From positions 102,414 to 166,413 of the forward strand of contig JBGPSD010000001.1 of assembly GCA_041489925.1 (NCBI GenBank): a DNA stretch of 64,000 bases, read 5' to 3'. This document shows positions 35,368 to 42,329 of this stretch, one piece after another; position 1 is the stretch's first letter; every line of letters starts with the position of its first letter. This DNA comes from Candidatus Nanoarchaeia archaeon (GTDB lineage: Archaea > Nanobdellota > Nanobdellia > Woesearchaeales > ARS49). The position numbers and the translations under genes were made by a program. The notes under the pieces were generated by a model, which was not told the DNA's origin, made no database searches, and saw only the letters and a list, made by a program, of their open reading frames with translations.

Positions 35368-36522
35368 TCACCTCTTTGGTTGTTCATGATTTGATTGATT
35401 AGTATATAAATTTTTGCTCAGGCTGTCGAGGATGCGCTGCCTGAACACAGGCAAGTCTGCAGTGCGCATGTGTGCACCTGCTGCAGGGATGTGCCCTCCG
35501 CCGGCTGCATCCTTCAGCCCTTTGACCGCGTTCTTGAGCAATTCATTCATTTTCACGCGCTGGCTCTGGCACCTTCCTGACACCTTGATTACATCCTTGT
35601 GCATTTCCAGGATGATTATGACCCAGTCATTGAACTGGGGCTTGAGCGAGAGGACTGTTGAAACAGGGGAGTTAATGTGGTACTTCGGACTGATTTCATA
35701 CCAGATGAGCTTGAGCTTTTCATTCTTTTCCATCAGCTTGGGGGCGTCCTTAATCCACTTGCTGATTTCTTTTTCAAACGACTGCCTTATCGTGCTAAGT
35801 TTTTTGTCTTTCAGTATGCCCTGCGGTTCTTTTGACTTCATCAGGGCATCAAAGCAGTAGTTGATGTTTTTGTCGTCAATAATCATCGCGGCGAGAAGGA
35901 ACTCAGCAACTTCCCCGAGGTCTGTCCTGAACCAGTCTTTGGGATTGGGCCTGAGCTTTTGCTTTTCAAACACCTTTGACAGGAAATCAGGCCAGGCGCG
36001 TCCTGCCATATCGCCAATCAGCCCGACAGACGCAATCCATGCCGAGTCATCCATATCTGCGTGCCTGTTCGCAAGGTCGTATGCAAGCTTGCTTGCAGTG
36101 TACCGTGAGGGGTCAATGTCGTCAGCGAGCAGCTGGGGCATTGCCAGCACAGTGCGTTCAGATGTTATGTCCTTGAAAAATGTGTGATGGTCTATTATCA
36201 GGATTTCGCATTGCTTCTCAAGCTTTTTGACAGCAACTGCATCCTCGTGGACAGGAAGGTCTGTGAATATTACTTTGGAGATTTTTTTCTTTTTCAGGGC
36301 GTCTGCAATTTCCGGATGGATTGTGTTGCGCGAGCCGCGGGGCGGGGAGGCATGGAAATCAGCAGGCTTGCCGCGCAGGCGCTCGATGAGCCTGCTGAGC
36401 ACGACTGCGGAGCATACGCCGTCAGGGTCTGAGTCGTGTATTATCGCGATTTTTTCTTCAGGGGAAAAGGACATGAGGAAGCGGTCAATCCGCTCCCACT
36501 GTTCGGGATTCTTGGGAATCAT
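35368..36522 (-). CDS. DHH/DHHA1 family phosphoesterase (NrnA/RecJ-like)
   Basis: Motifs HDSDPDGVCS (I/II), IIDHH (III) and GGGHIPAAGA (DHHA1). 384 aa. Confidence 0.85.
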   Translation of the reverse strand: MIPKNPEQWERIDRFLMSFSPEEKIAIIHDSDPDGVCSAVVLSRLIERLRGKPADFHASPPRGSRNTIHPEIADALKKKKISKVIFTDLPVHEDAVAVKKLEKQCEILIIDHHTFFKDITSERTVLAMPQLLADDIDPSRYTASKLAYDLANRHADMDDSAWIASVGLIGDMAGRAWPDFLSKVFEKQKLRPNPKDWFRTDLGEVAEFLLAAMIIDDKNINYCFDALMKSKEPQGILKDKKLSTIRQSFEKEISKWIKDAPKLMEKNEKLKLIWYEISPKYHINSPVSTVLSLKPQFNDWVIIILEMHKDVIKVSGRCQSQRVKMNELLKNAVKGLKDAAGGGHIPAAGAHMRTADLPVFRQRILDSLSKNLYTNQSNHEQPKR

Positions 36523-36543
36523 TGGGCATCACAGCCCGCTGCA

Positions 36544-36589
36544 GAATAAAAAAGGGGCGCGTACCAGAATAAGAATTGGCGATACGCGC
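36544..36589 (-). terminator. GC-rich hairpin + T6 run (minus strand); the T-run could double as the TATA box of the DHH gene
   Basis: The minus strand reads GGCGCGTA-loop-TACGCGCC followed by CCTTTTTTATT. It sits 29 nt after the stop of 36618..37436 and about 25 nt before the ATG at 36522. Confidence 0.45.
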
Positions 36590-36617
36590 CTGGTGAGAGA
36601 GGGGGATGAATGTGATT

Positions 36618-37436
36618 TCATGCTGCACTGCTCGTGTATGGTTTTTTAGGAGAGTGATGACCGGCCGAATAATGGTGGCCGGTCTTTTGCAGGATGAATT
36701 CATGTATGCCCTGCAATGAGATGGCACGGTCGCGCCCTTCGTCCTTTGCGGCATCAAGCGCGTATTCCGCACCGTGATACAATTCTTTCAGTGTCGCTGC
36801 TGTCTCTGTGGTTGCAATTCCAATACTCATTGTGATTGGGATCTGGCCGCTTTTTGCAAGATAAGGATTAGTCTTCAATGCATTGCGCAGGCGCCCGGCA
36901 ACATTTAATGCGTTGCCAGAGCTAGCGCCATATAACGCAATGCCGAATTTATCTCTGAATTCCCGGCCCACTGTCTCCACTGCTTCTTCATGCATTGTGC
37001 AAATCAAGTCAATGTTTCCATCGATTGGCCCCATTCTTCTTTCAATATTGTGATTTGTTGGTTTTGAACGGATATTATCGTAAATCACTTGTGCGGCATG
37101 CGCGATAACACGGGCTGCGACTTCATCGCCGTAAGCGTCCTTTACTTTTTTGAAATGGTCAAGGTCTGCCTGAAGGTATGCGACAGGCAGGTGATTGGCA
37201 TTGGCGTGCGCAATCATTGACCTGAATTTTTCCTCAAAAACACCGCGTACATACATCTTGGTGATGCTGTCGCGCTCCAATCTGGCGATTACTGCTTTTG
37301 CCTCATCGAGCGATTTGGGTTTGGGGCTATAGAAAAAGGGTTCTGCTCCTTGGGGCAATATTTCAGCTGCGACCACTAGATCGCCTAAGTCTAACAGCTC
37401 TTGTTCGAAGTTAATCACCTTTTGTTGTGGTGTCAT
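36618..37436 (-). CDS. degenerate GGDEF-like (nucleotidyl-cyclase palm) domain protein
   Basis: Residues ~85-255 align by eye with the GGDEF protein in this window (DSITKMY.RGVF / ADLDHFKKVKDAYGDE / ..RDKF / ITMSIGIA / AEYALDAAKDEGRDR). The signature position reads RRMGPIDGN rather than RYGGEEF, and there is a ~35-aa insertion. Confidence 0.55.
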   Translation of the reverse strand: MTPQQKVINFEQELLDLGDLVVAAEILPQGAEPFFYSPKPKSLDEAKAVIARLERDSITKMYVRGVFEEKFRSMIAHANANHLPVAYLQADLDHFKKVKDAYGDEVAARVIAHAAQVIYDNIRSKPTNHNIERRMGPIDGNIDLICTMHEEAVETVGREFRDKFGIALYGASSGNALNVAGRLRNALKTNPYLAKSGQIPITMSIGIATTETAATLKELYHGAEYALDAAKDEGRDRAISLQGIHEFILQKTGHHYSAGHHSPKKPYTSSAA

Positions 37437-37526
37437 GTTTTTGGTATGAACAACAACTTGGTATGGGAATGTGCCCGGGCATTAGCGGTTGTGTTTTGGT
37501 GCTCAGCAACCGGGTCTATGTGTCCA

Positions 37527-37565
37527 CACGCGTGCGTTTGTGCACCTTTGCTTCACACGCGCGTG
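37527..37565. promoter_or_regulatory. two GC palindromes (CACGCGTG, CACGCGCGTG) in a divergent intergenic region
   Basis: Perfect palindromes at 37527-37534 and 37556-37565, with GTGCAC between them. They lie in the 241-nt spacer between 37436 (minus-strand start) and 37678 (plus-strand start). Confidence 0.35.
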
Positions 37566-37624
37566 CCCAATGGGTTATTGTTCATTGTTAGGTATTCTTA
37601 GGCAAAAGAATTATATATACATAT

Positions 37625-37658
37625 CGTACTTACACTACGATAAGTACGTTAAGTACGT
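37625..37658 (+). promoter_or_regulatory. operator-like repeats just downstream of a TATA box
   Basis: TATA ATTATATATA is at 37610-37619. It is followed by the inverted repeat CGTACTTA-n8-TAAGTACG and a tandem copy TAAGTACGT (37641-49 and 37650-58), then SD GAGGTGAT and the ATG at 37678. Confidence 0.45.
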
Positions 37659-37677
37659 ACTAAATGAGGTGATTTTG

Positions 37678-38622
37678 ATGCATATTCGCAGGTTAGTGAA
37701 GGCAGGACAGGCATCGCACACTATTTCCCTTCCAAAAGAATGGCTGGACAAGAACAAGCTTGGGAAGGGCGCAACACTGTACATCCACGAAAAGTCTGAC
37801 TCAGAGCTTCTAATAACGCCACACCTTGCAGGACATTCCACAAGCGAACAAAAGGCAGTAACAATACAGGTTGACGGCAAGGAGCTTGACACAATCCAGC
37901 GCGAGATAACCGCGGCTTATGTCAACAATGCGAGCAACATCGACCTTATCGGAGAAACAATCTCAAAGCACGCAAAAGAAATCCGCAGGATGCTGCATGA
38001 CTTTGTCGCGCTGGAAATCTCAGAGCAGACTGCAAACAGGATTTCAGCAAAAGATTTGCTTAACCTGCAGGAAATATCAGTTGACAAGAGCATCAAGCGC
38101 ATGGACGTGATTGTAAGGACAATGCTGCAGGACTGCAAAATAACTGTCACCGGAAAGGATTTGAGCGAGAGCGTGATGTTCAGGGATTATGACGTGAACA
38201 GGCTTTATTTCCTGCTTGCGCGGCTTTTGAAAAGCTCGCTGAGCAATCCCAGCATGGCAGCCCAGCTGCAGATTTCGCCTCCAAAAGTCCTGGGCAAATG
38301 GATGCTCGTGCATTATGTTGAGCAGCTCGCAGACGCTGTCAAGGGGCTGTGCGCAGACTGCGGAACTCTTGACGCAAAACAGCGCAAGAATGTCTCCGCA
38401 CTGCTCGGGCAGCTTGAGCAGGATTACCTTGACACAATGAAGGCAGTGCACGAGAAAAACGCAAAGCTCGCTGATGAAATCGCGCGAAGGAGGATTGAGC
38501 GCCAGATGTCCTGCGCTTCCCTGAGCGCAGAACTGCCGAATGCGGCGCACGGCTGCAGCACAATATCATCATTGCTGTCAGACATCGCGAGGCTTGTTAT
38601 AGACGAAGAAAAGGAAAATTAA
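37678..38622 (+). CDS. AbrB/SpoVT-domain + PhoU-like regulator
   Basis: MHIRRLVKAGQASHTISLPKEWLDKNKLGKGATLYI is a SpoVT/AbrB swapped-hairpin N-terminus. The rest is helical PhoU-like repeats, as in the archaeal 'phosphate uptake regulator' fusion. The upstream 63 codons in the track are spurious. Confidence 0.75.
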   Translation: MHIRRLVKAGQASHTISLPKEWLDKNKLGKGATLYIHEKSDSELLITPHLAGHSTSEQKAVTIQVDGKELDTIQREITAAYVNNASNIDLIGETISKHAKEIRRMLHDFVALEISEQTANRISAKDLLNLQEISVDKSIKRMDVIVRTMLQDCKITVTGKDLSESVMFRDYDVNRLYFLLARLLKSSLSNPSMAAQLQISPPKVLGKWMLVHYVEQLADAVKGLCADCGTLDAKQRKNVSALLGQLEQDYLDTMKAVHEKNAKLADEIARRRIERQMSCASLSAELPNAAHGCSTISSLLSDIARLVIDEEKEN

Positions 38623-39044
38623 ACAAGTGTGGTCGGCTGCTGGAGGTTCTGGAACACCGGCGCAGCAAGGCACTTTGTCTGCGCGTCAAGCTTTGCCTGA
38701 TACGCGCATTCTCCTTCGCGGCTCTGCCTGCCAGGGTTAAGGTACTTGCACTGGCGCCAGACAAAAGTCTCAAATGTGGCAGGCCTTTGCTGTGCAAGCG
38801 CACAGATTACATCATCAATAGGCATAAGCTGGGTGTGCGGGCTAGGCTGGTTGATAATCGTGTTGCCGGGCAACTGCGGGTAAACAGGATGCTGGGCAGT
38901 AGGGTCGTCGGATATCTGCGTGTCACCACGCTGAGCCATAGAAAACATCCCTGTCGATGATGACGAAAACACAATCGCAAGACCGCCAACTGCAACAAGA
39001 AGCACAAATCCAAGGATAAGCGCCATAACATGCTTGTCTTCCAT
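38619..39044 (-). CDS. N-terminally anchored secreted protein (family member 2, divergent)
   Basis: Start MEDKHV lies about 27 nt downstream of a TTTATATAG box (leaderless). It has the hydrophobic anchor MALILGFVLLVAVGGLAIVF and four Cys in the C-terminal half. Its stop overlaps the PhoU-like gene stop by 4 nt. Confidence 0.5.
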   Translation of the reverse strand: MEDKHVMALILGFVLLVAVGGLAIVFSSSSTGMFSMAQRGDTQISDDPTAQHPVYPQLPGNTIINQPSPHTQLMPIDDVICALAQQRPATFETFVWRQCKYLNPGRQSREGECAYQAKLDAQTKCLAAPVFQNLQQPTTLV

Positions 39045-39140
39045 GGTTAAGTTGTTTTGCCTCACAGCTATATAAACATTTTCATTAGTAGGAGAAAATC
39101 AAAATTAAAAAGAATTAGAAAAATAAAAAAATTAAGCGCC

Positions 39141-39596
39141 TTAGCGCTCAATTACGTATGGTCCGACCGGAACGCCAACATCGCGCTCGTTTGGAAGTCC
39201 GCCGAAATCATTGAATGGGGGTCCCTTGACAAGCGACTCGTCTCCGTGGAGAACGCTCTTGTCGTTCACTGTCGGGCAGCAGCAGTACAGGTTGTCATCA
39301 CCTGACACTAGCACGCCCGGATATCTCGGGTCCTCATAACCGGTCTTGAAGCAGCTCTTGCCGAACGCCTTCTCAAAGTCGTCCTTCTGGTAGAGTGCAT
39401 CTGCCTCTGTTGGTCCCATAAGCACAGGTGTGCACGGGCTGTCACACATCGGTTGTCCGCCAAGCGCAGGAACATTAAGGATGTTTCCTGTCTTTGCAGC
39501 CTTACCGCCTGACAGCAGCAGGACAAGTCCTACCACTGCGATAATTGCGACTATGCCCAGAATCACGAGACTCAGGTTTCTGCCTTCTTCAGCCAT
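39141..39596 (-). CDS. N-terminally anchored Cys-motif protein (family member 3)
   Basis: SD AAGAGGTGA 7 nt upstream. The anchor VILGIVAIIAVVGLVLLL matches 16 of 18 residues of member 1 (about 75% DNA identity there by eye). Contains the LYCCCP motif. Confidence 0.6.
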   Translation of the reverse strand: MAEEGRNLSLVILGIVAIIAVVGLVLLLSGGKAAKTGNILNVPALGGQPMCDSPCTPVLMGPTEADALYQKDDFEKAFGKSCFKTGYEDPRYPGVLVSGDDNLYCCCPTVNDKSVLHGDESLVKGPPFNDFGGLPNERDVGVPVGPYVIER

Positions 39597-39676
39597 TGAG
39601 TATCACCTCTTGATACAGATGCTCATTTGTTTTACTTACTCATATATAAACTTTTCCTAACATCGACGAGAACTAT

Positions 39677-39991
39677 TCAGGCTGCATCAGGGTAGCCTAC
39701 TGTGGCGCTTTGAGCCCATTCCCCAACAGGAAGGCAGCAGTTGTTTGTCCTGAAGCAGCACGGCGTTATCCCATCATAGCCGAAGACGCACTTGTGGCCG
39801 AGCCTGAGATATGACTGCAGTTCTCTGACATAAACCCCTTTGCCCTCTGCATACACCGGCGCAGAGCCGACCGGGCAAATGCCTGTTGTTACTGCGCCTG
39901 TTGGCGAGAACGCACCGAAAAAATACATCAGGATAATAAGCGCGGCAATCGCGGCAGCCGCAACAATGCAAACGCACCAGACTCCTTTCAT
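39677..39991 (-). CDS. small Cys-rich membrane-anchored protein (family member 4, divergent)
   Basis: 104 aa with an N-terminal hydrophobic helix, then PCCFRTNNCCLP. The start overlaps the upstream Zn-ribbon gene stop by 4 nt. Confidence 0.5.
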   Translation of the reverse strand: MKGVWCVCIVAAAAIAALIILMYFFGAFSPTGAVTTGICPVGSAPVYAEGKGVYVRELQSYLRLGHKCVFGYDGITPCCFRTNNCCLPVGEWAQSATVGYPDAA

Positions 39992-40377
39992 TTCTTGTCC
40001 TTCCGCATCCGCCTGAAGGTTTCCGCGACATCAATAATGTATTTTCCTTCCGCGAGCTTGAAAATCAAAGGCTCTCCCTTGAACAGCTGGACAAGGTCAA
40101 GCTCGTACTTGCCAGGCTTCAATACCCTGACGCTTTCCAGGTCAAGGACCACAGGCTCTTCAGGCTCCTCAACACCAAGAACATTGTAAACATCCTGCTC
40201 AATCTGCTTGCGCTCCTCAATAGTTACCGGCGGCGCCTGCTCTGCGGCTTTCTGCAGCTTTTCAAGGCGCTCTTTCTTTATGAAAAAGAACAGTTTCGCG
40301 CCGCACGAGCATCCCTTGAGGATTACCTCATTGCCATCGTCATAAAATGTATTGCAGCGCACGCACTGGTGTGGCAT
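39988..40377 (-). CDS. Zn-ribbon protein (archaeal DUF2072-like, by recollection)
   Basis: C-x2-C ... C-x-C (CVRCNTFY...GCSCG), then an acidic linker and a beta-rich C-terminus. Third gene of a GTPase operon that I recall as conserved in archaea. Confidence 0.65.
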   Translation of the reverse strand: MPHQCVRCNTFYDDGNEVILKGCSCGAKLFFFIKKERLEKLQKAAEQAPPVTIEERKQIEQDVYNVLGVEEPEEPVVLDLESVRVLKPGKYELDLVQLFKGEPLIFKLAEGKYIIDVAETFRRMRKDKK

Positions 40378-40380
40378 GAT

Positions 40381-40770
40381 TCACCTTTTTCTCTTCTTTT
40401 TTTCAGAAGTGAGCAGCTCTATCTTGTTCGGGTCCTTCTTGATTGCCTTGACAACGCTTGCAGGCCCGATAATCGTAAGCCCCTGCCTGTCTCCGAGAAC
40501 CGCGCCTATCATGTCATTCTTTAACTTCTGGAATCCTGACAGCTGGTTGTTTGCCGGATTGATGACCGCGAGCTCAATTCCCTGGAACTCCTTGTTGATT
40601 TCCTCCATCGTGACCTTGATGAGCTCTGTCTCCTCCTCTTTTCTCAGCCTTCCCTGAAGCAAGACAATCTTGTCCTGCTTTGCGATATTGAGGAGCTTCC
40701 TTATCCTTCCGATTGAGCTCAATCCCTCGATTTCCGTGTAAGGCAACAGCTGCAGCGTAACCATTTTCAT
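40381..40770 (-). CDS. conserved archaeal protein (DUF2073-like, by recollection)
   Basis: 129 aa, in the middle of the GTPase / Zn-ribbon operon. 4-nt overlap with the GTPase gene. Confidence 0.6.
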   Translation of the reverse strand: MKMVTLQLLPYTEIEGLSSIGRIRKLLNIAKQDKIVLLQGRLRKEEETELIKVTMEEINKEFQGIELAVINPANNQLSGFQKLKNDMIGAVLGDRQGLTIIGPASVVKAIKKDPNKIELLTSEKKKRKR

Positions 40771-41411
40771 CTCACCAGTTCAAACACTTTTTCGTACAGT
40801 TCCTTGACATTCTTGCCGTACTTTGCCGAAATTCCGAGGACTTCGTACTGCGGGAATGCCGCCTGCACTTTCTTCATGCTTGCTTTCTTGAGGTCAACCT
40901 TGTTGGCGACTATTAGGACAGGAATGTCCCTTGCCTGAAGGTTGCCGATAATTGTGACATTAACCTGCGAGTATGGGTCCTGGGTTGCGTCAAGCACCAC
41001 CATGACAGCGTCCATTTCGTCAAGCCACTTGATTGCGTCAATGACGCCTTTTGTCGCTTCCCTTGCGCGCTTCTTTGCCTTTGCCTCTGACATCCCTGCC
41101 TTGAGGAATTCCTCGTAGTCAATCCTTGTCGCGATGCCGGGGGTGTCGACAAGGTTGAACATGAGCTCCTTGCCGTCCTTGCTCCTGATTGAGATTTGCT
41201 CCTTGATCTGGATTTCCCTTGTTTCGTGCGCCAGCGGGCTGACTTTGCCAAGTTCCTCGCCCACCCAGTCTATGCAGATTTTGTTGGCAAGGGTTGTCTT
41301 TCCAGAATTTGGCGGGCCGTACAAGCCGAGCTTCAGGTCCTTTCGGCTACCAAAGAATTCCCGCACGAACCTGTTGAAGATTTGCTTTACAAAACTGAAT
41401 GCCACAACCAC
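40767..41411 (-). CDS. small GTP-binding protein
   Basis: G1 GPPNSGKTT, G3 DTPG, G4 NKVD. About 210 aa. The start codon is uncertain: GTG at 41411 or 41405, preceded by AAGGTG. Confidence 0.85.
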   Translation of the reverse strand: MVVAFSFVKQIFNRFVREFFGSRKDLKLGLYGPPNSGKTTLANKICIDWVGEELGKVSPLAHETREIQIKEQISIRSKDGKELMFNLVDTPGIATRIDYEEFLKAGMSEAKAKKRAREATKGVIDAIKWLDEMDAVMVVLDATQDPYSQVNVTIIGNLQARDIPVLIVANKVDLKKASMKKVQAAFPQYEVLGISAKYGKNVKELYEKVFELVR

Positions 41412-41507
41412 ACCTTTTATTCGCTGTTATTGCTTTGCTGTCAAGTTGCTGTCTATATATACTTTTCGGCACTAAAAAATAAGAAATTAAAAAATAAAAA
41501 AAGCGGC

Positions 41508-41741
41508 TTATCTGCCGCCGCGTGCCATCTTTGCCCGCGATATGTCGCCGCTCTTGTCAATGAAGTAAAGGTATCCCTTCTGCTTCTTGACGCCTGCCTT
41601 TGCGACCTTTTCTGGCCTGCCGCCTGCTCCTTTCTTTCGGCCGCGTGCCATCTTGGCGCGGGAAACGTCTCCTGCCTTATCAACGAAGTACAGGTATCCC
41701 ACTGCCTTCTTTACTCCAACCTTTGCAACTTTTTCTGCCAT
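41508..41741 (-). CDS. small basic protein made of two ~32-aa repeats (77 aa)
   Basis: MAEKVAKVGVKKAVGYLYFVDKAGDVSRAKMARG-RKKGAGGRP-EKVAKAGVKKQKGYLYFIDKSGDISRAKMARG-GR. The repeats match at 26 of 32 positions. A strong SD, GGAGGAA, lies 7 nt upstream of the ATG at 41741. Confidence 0.6.
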   Translation of the reverse strand: MAEKVAKVGVKKAVGYLYFVDKAGDVSRAKMARGRKKGAGGRPEKVAKAGVKKQKGYLYFIDKSGDISRAKMARGGR

Positions 41742-41756
41742 TGTAGATTCCTCCTT

Positions 41757-41795
41757 TTTGTGGAATCCGCTGGTGAACCAGAGACCCCCCACAAA
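41757..41795 (-). promoter_or_regulatory. structured 5' leader hairpin
   Basis: A 7-bp outer stem TTTGTGG/CCACAAA encloses an inner CTGG-TGAA-CCAG hairpin. It sits between the TTTATAAAGG box (about 41834-41846) and the SD. Confidence 0.4.
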
Positions 41796-41985
41796 CGACG
41801 TTTTCCGTCGATAATTTTATTGAAAACACTATTCCTTTATAAACTTTTCGTCGGTAGAAGCCTGTTTTACCGACGAGTTAATGCCTGAATTTAGTAATAA
41901 CCCAAAAATAGTAAATTCCGGCAAATATGGAAAAGGAAAGAGCAAACAATAGAATTTACTTCCTTTTCCACAAGCAACCAAGAAA

Positions 41986-42195
41986 TCACTTCTTCTTGAG
42001 CTTCTTTCCCTGCTTGTCAACGTCCTCAACAAACCATTCGGGCTTGAGGAGCTTCTGCAGGCGCGGCACTTCCTCCATCCCTTCCTTGTAAATTTTGGTT
42101 ATTTCCTCTTTTGACGGCTCAGGAATCTTCTCAAGCTCCTTCGCAGCAGCAAGTGCTTTCTTTTCCACGCAGTTCTTCTTGTGCTTGTACGCCAT
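41986..42195 (-). CDS. small Lys/Glu-rich hypothetical protein (69 aa)
   Basis: Start trimmed to MAYKHKK, about 27 nt downstream of a TTTTATAC box. No family recognised. Confidence 0.4.
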   Translation of the reverse strand: MAYKHKKNCVEKKALAAAKELEKIPEPSKEEITKIYKEGMEEVPRLQKLLKPEWFVEDVDKQGKKLKKK

Positions 42196-42329
42196 AAGCA
42201 CTACGGATAATAATAGGTATAAAATAGTTTGGGTGGCGTACGGCCACAGAGACATAAACATAATGGAAGTTGTTCACACATATCTTTATATTGACCGCTT
42301 TGCTTGAAGTTTTTGGGGGATTTGCTGTT

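Noticed and set aside
37489-37677. N-terminal extensions offered by the ORF track for several genes: 37489 (AbrB-PhoU), 30791, 32023, 50575, 61853, 6410, 42270, 46513, 2244.
   Set aside because: In each case an internal Met sits at the canonical ~27 nt from a TATA box or behind a strong SD. The extension is compositionally odd or overlaps a neighbouring gene or promoter, so the shorter start was used.
41508-41741. ~100-nt imperfect tandem DNA repeat, briefly considered as a repeat array or CRISPR-like element.
   Set aside because: There are only two copies. It lies entirely inside an intact ORF whose protein shows the same duplication. There is no spacer/repeat periodicity. No CRISPR array was seen anywhere in the window.
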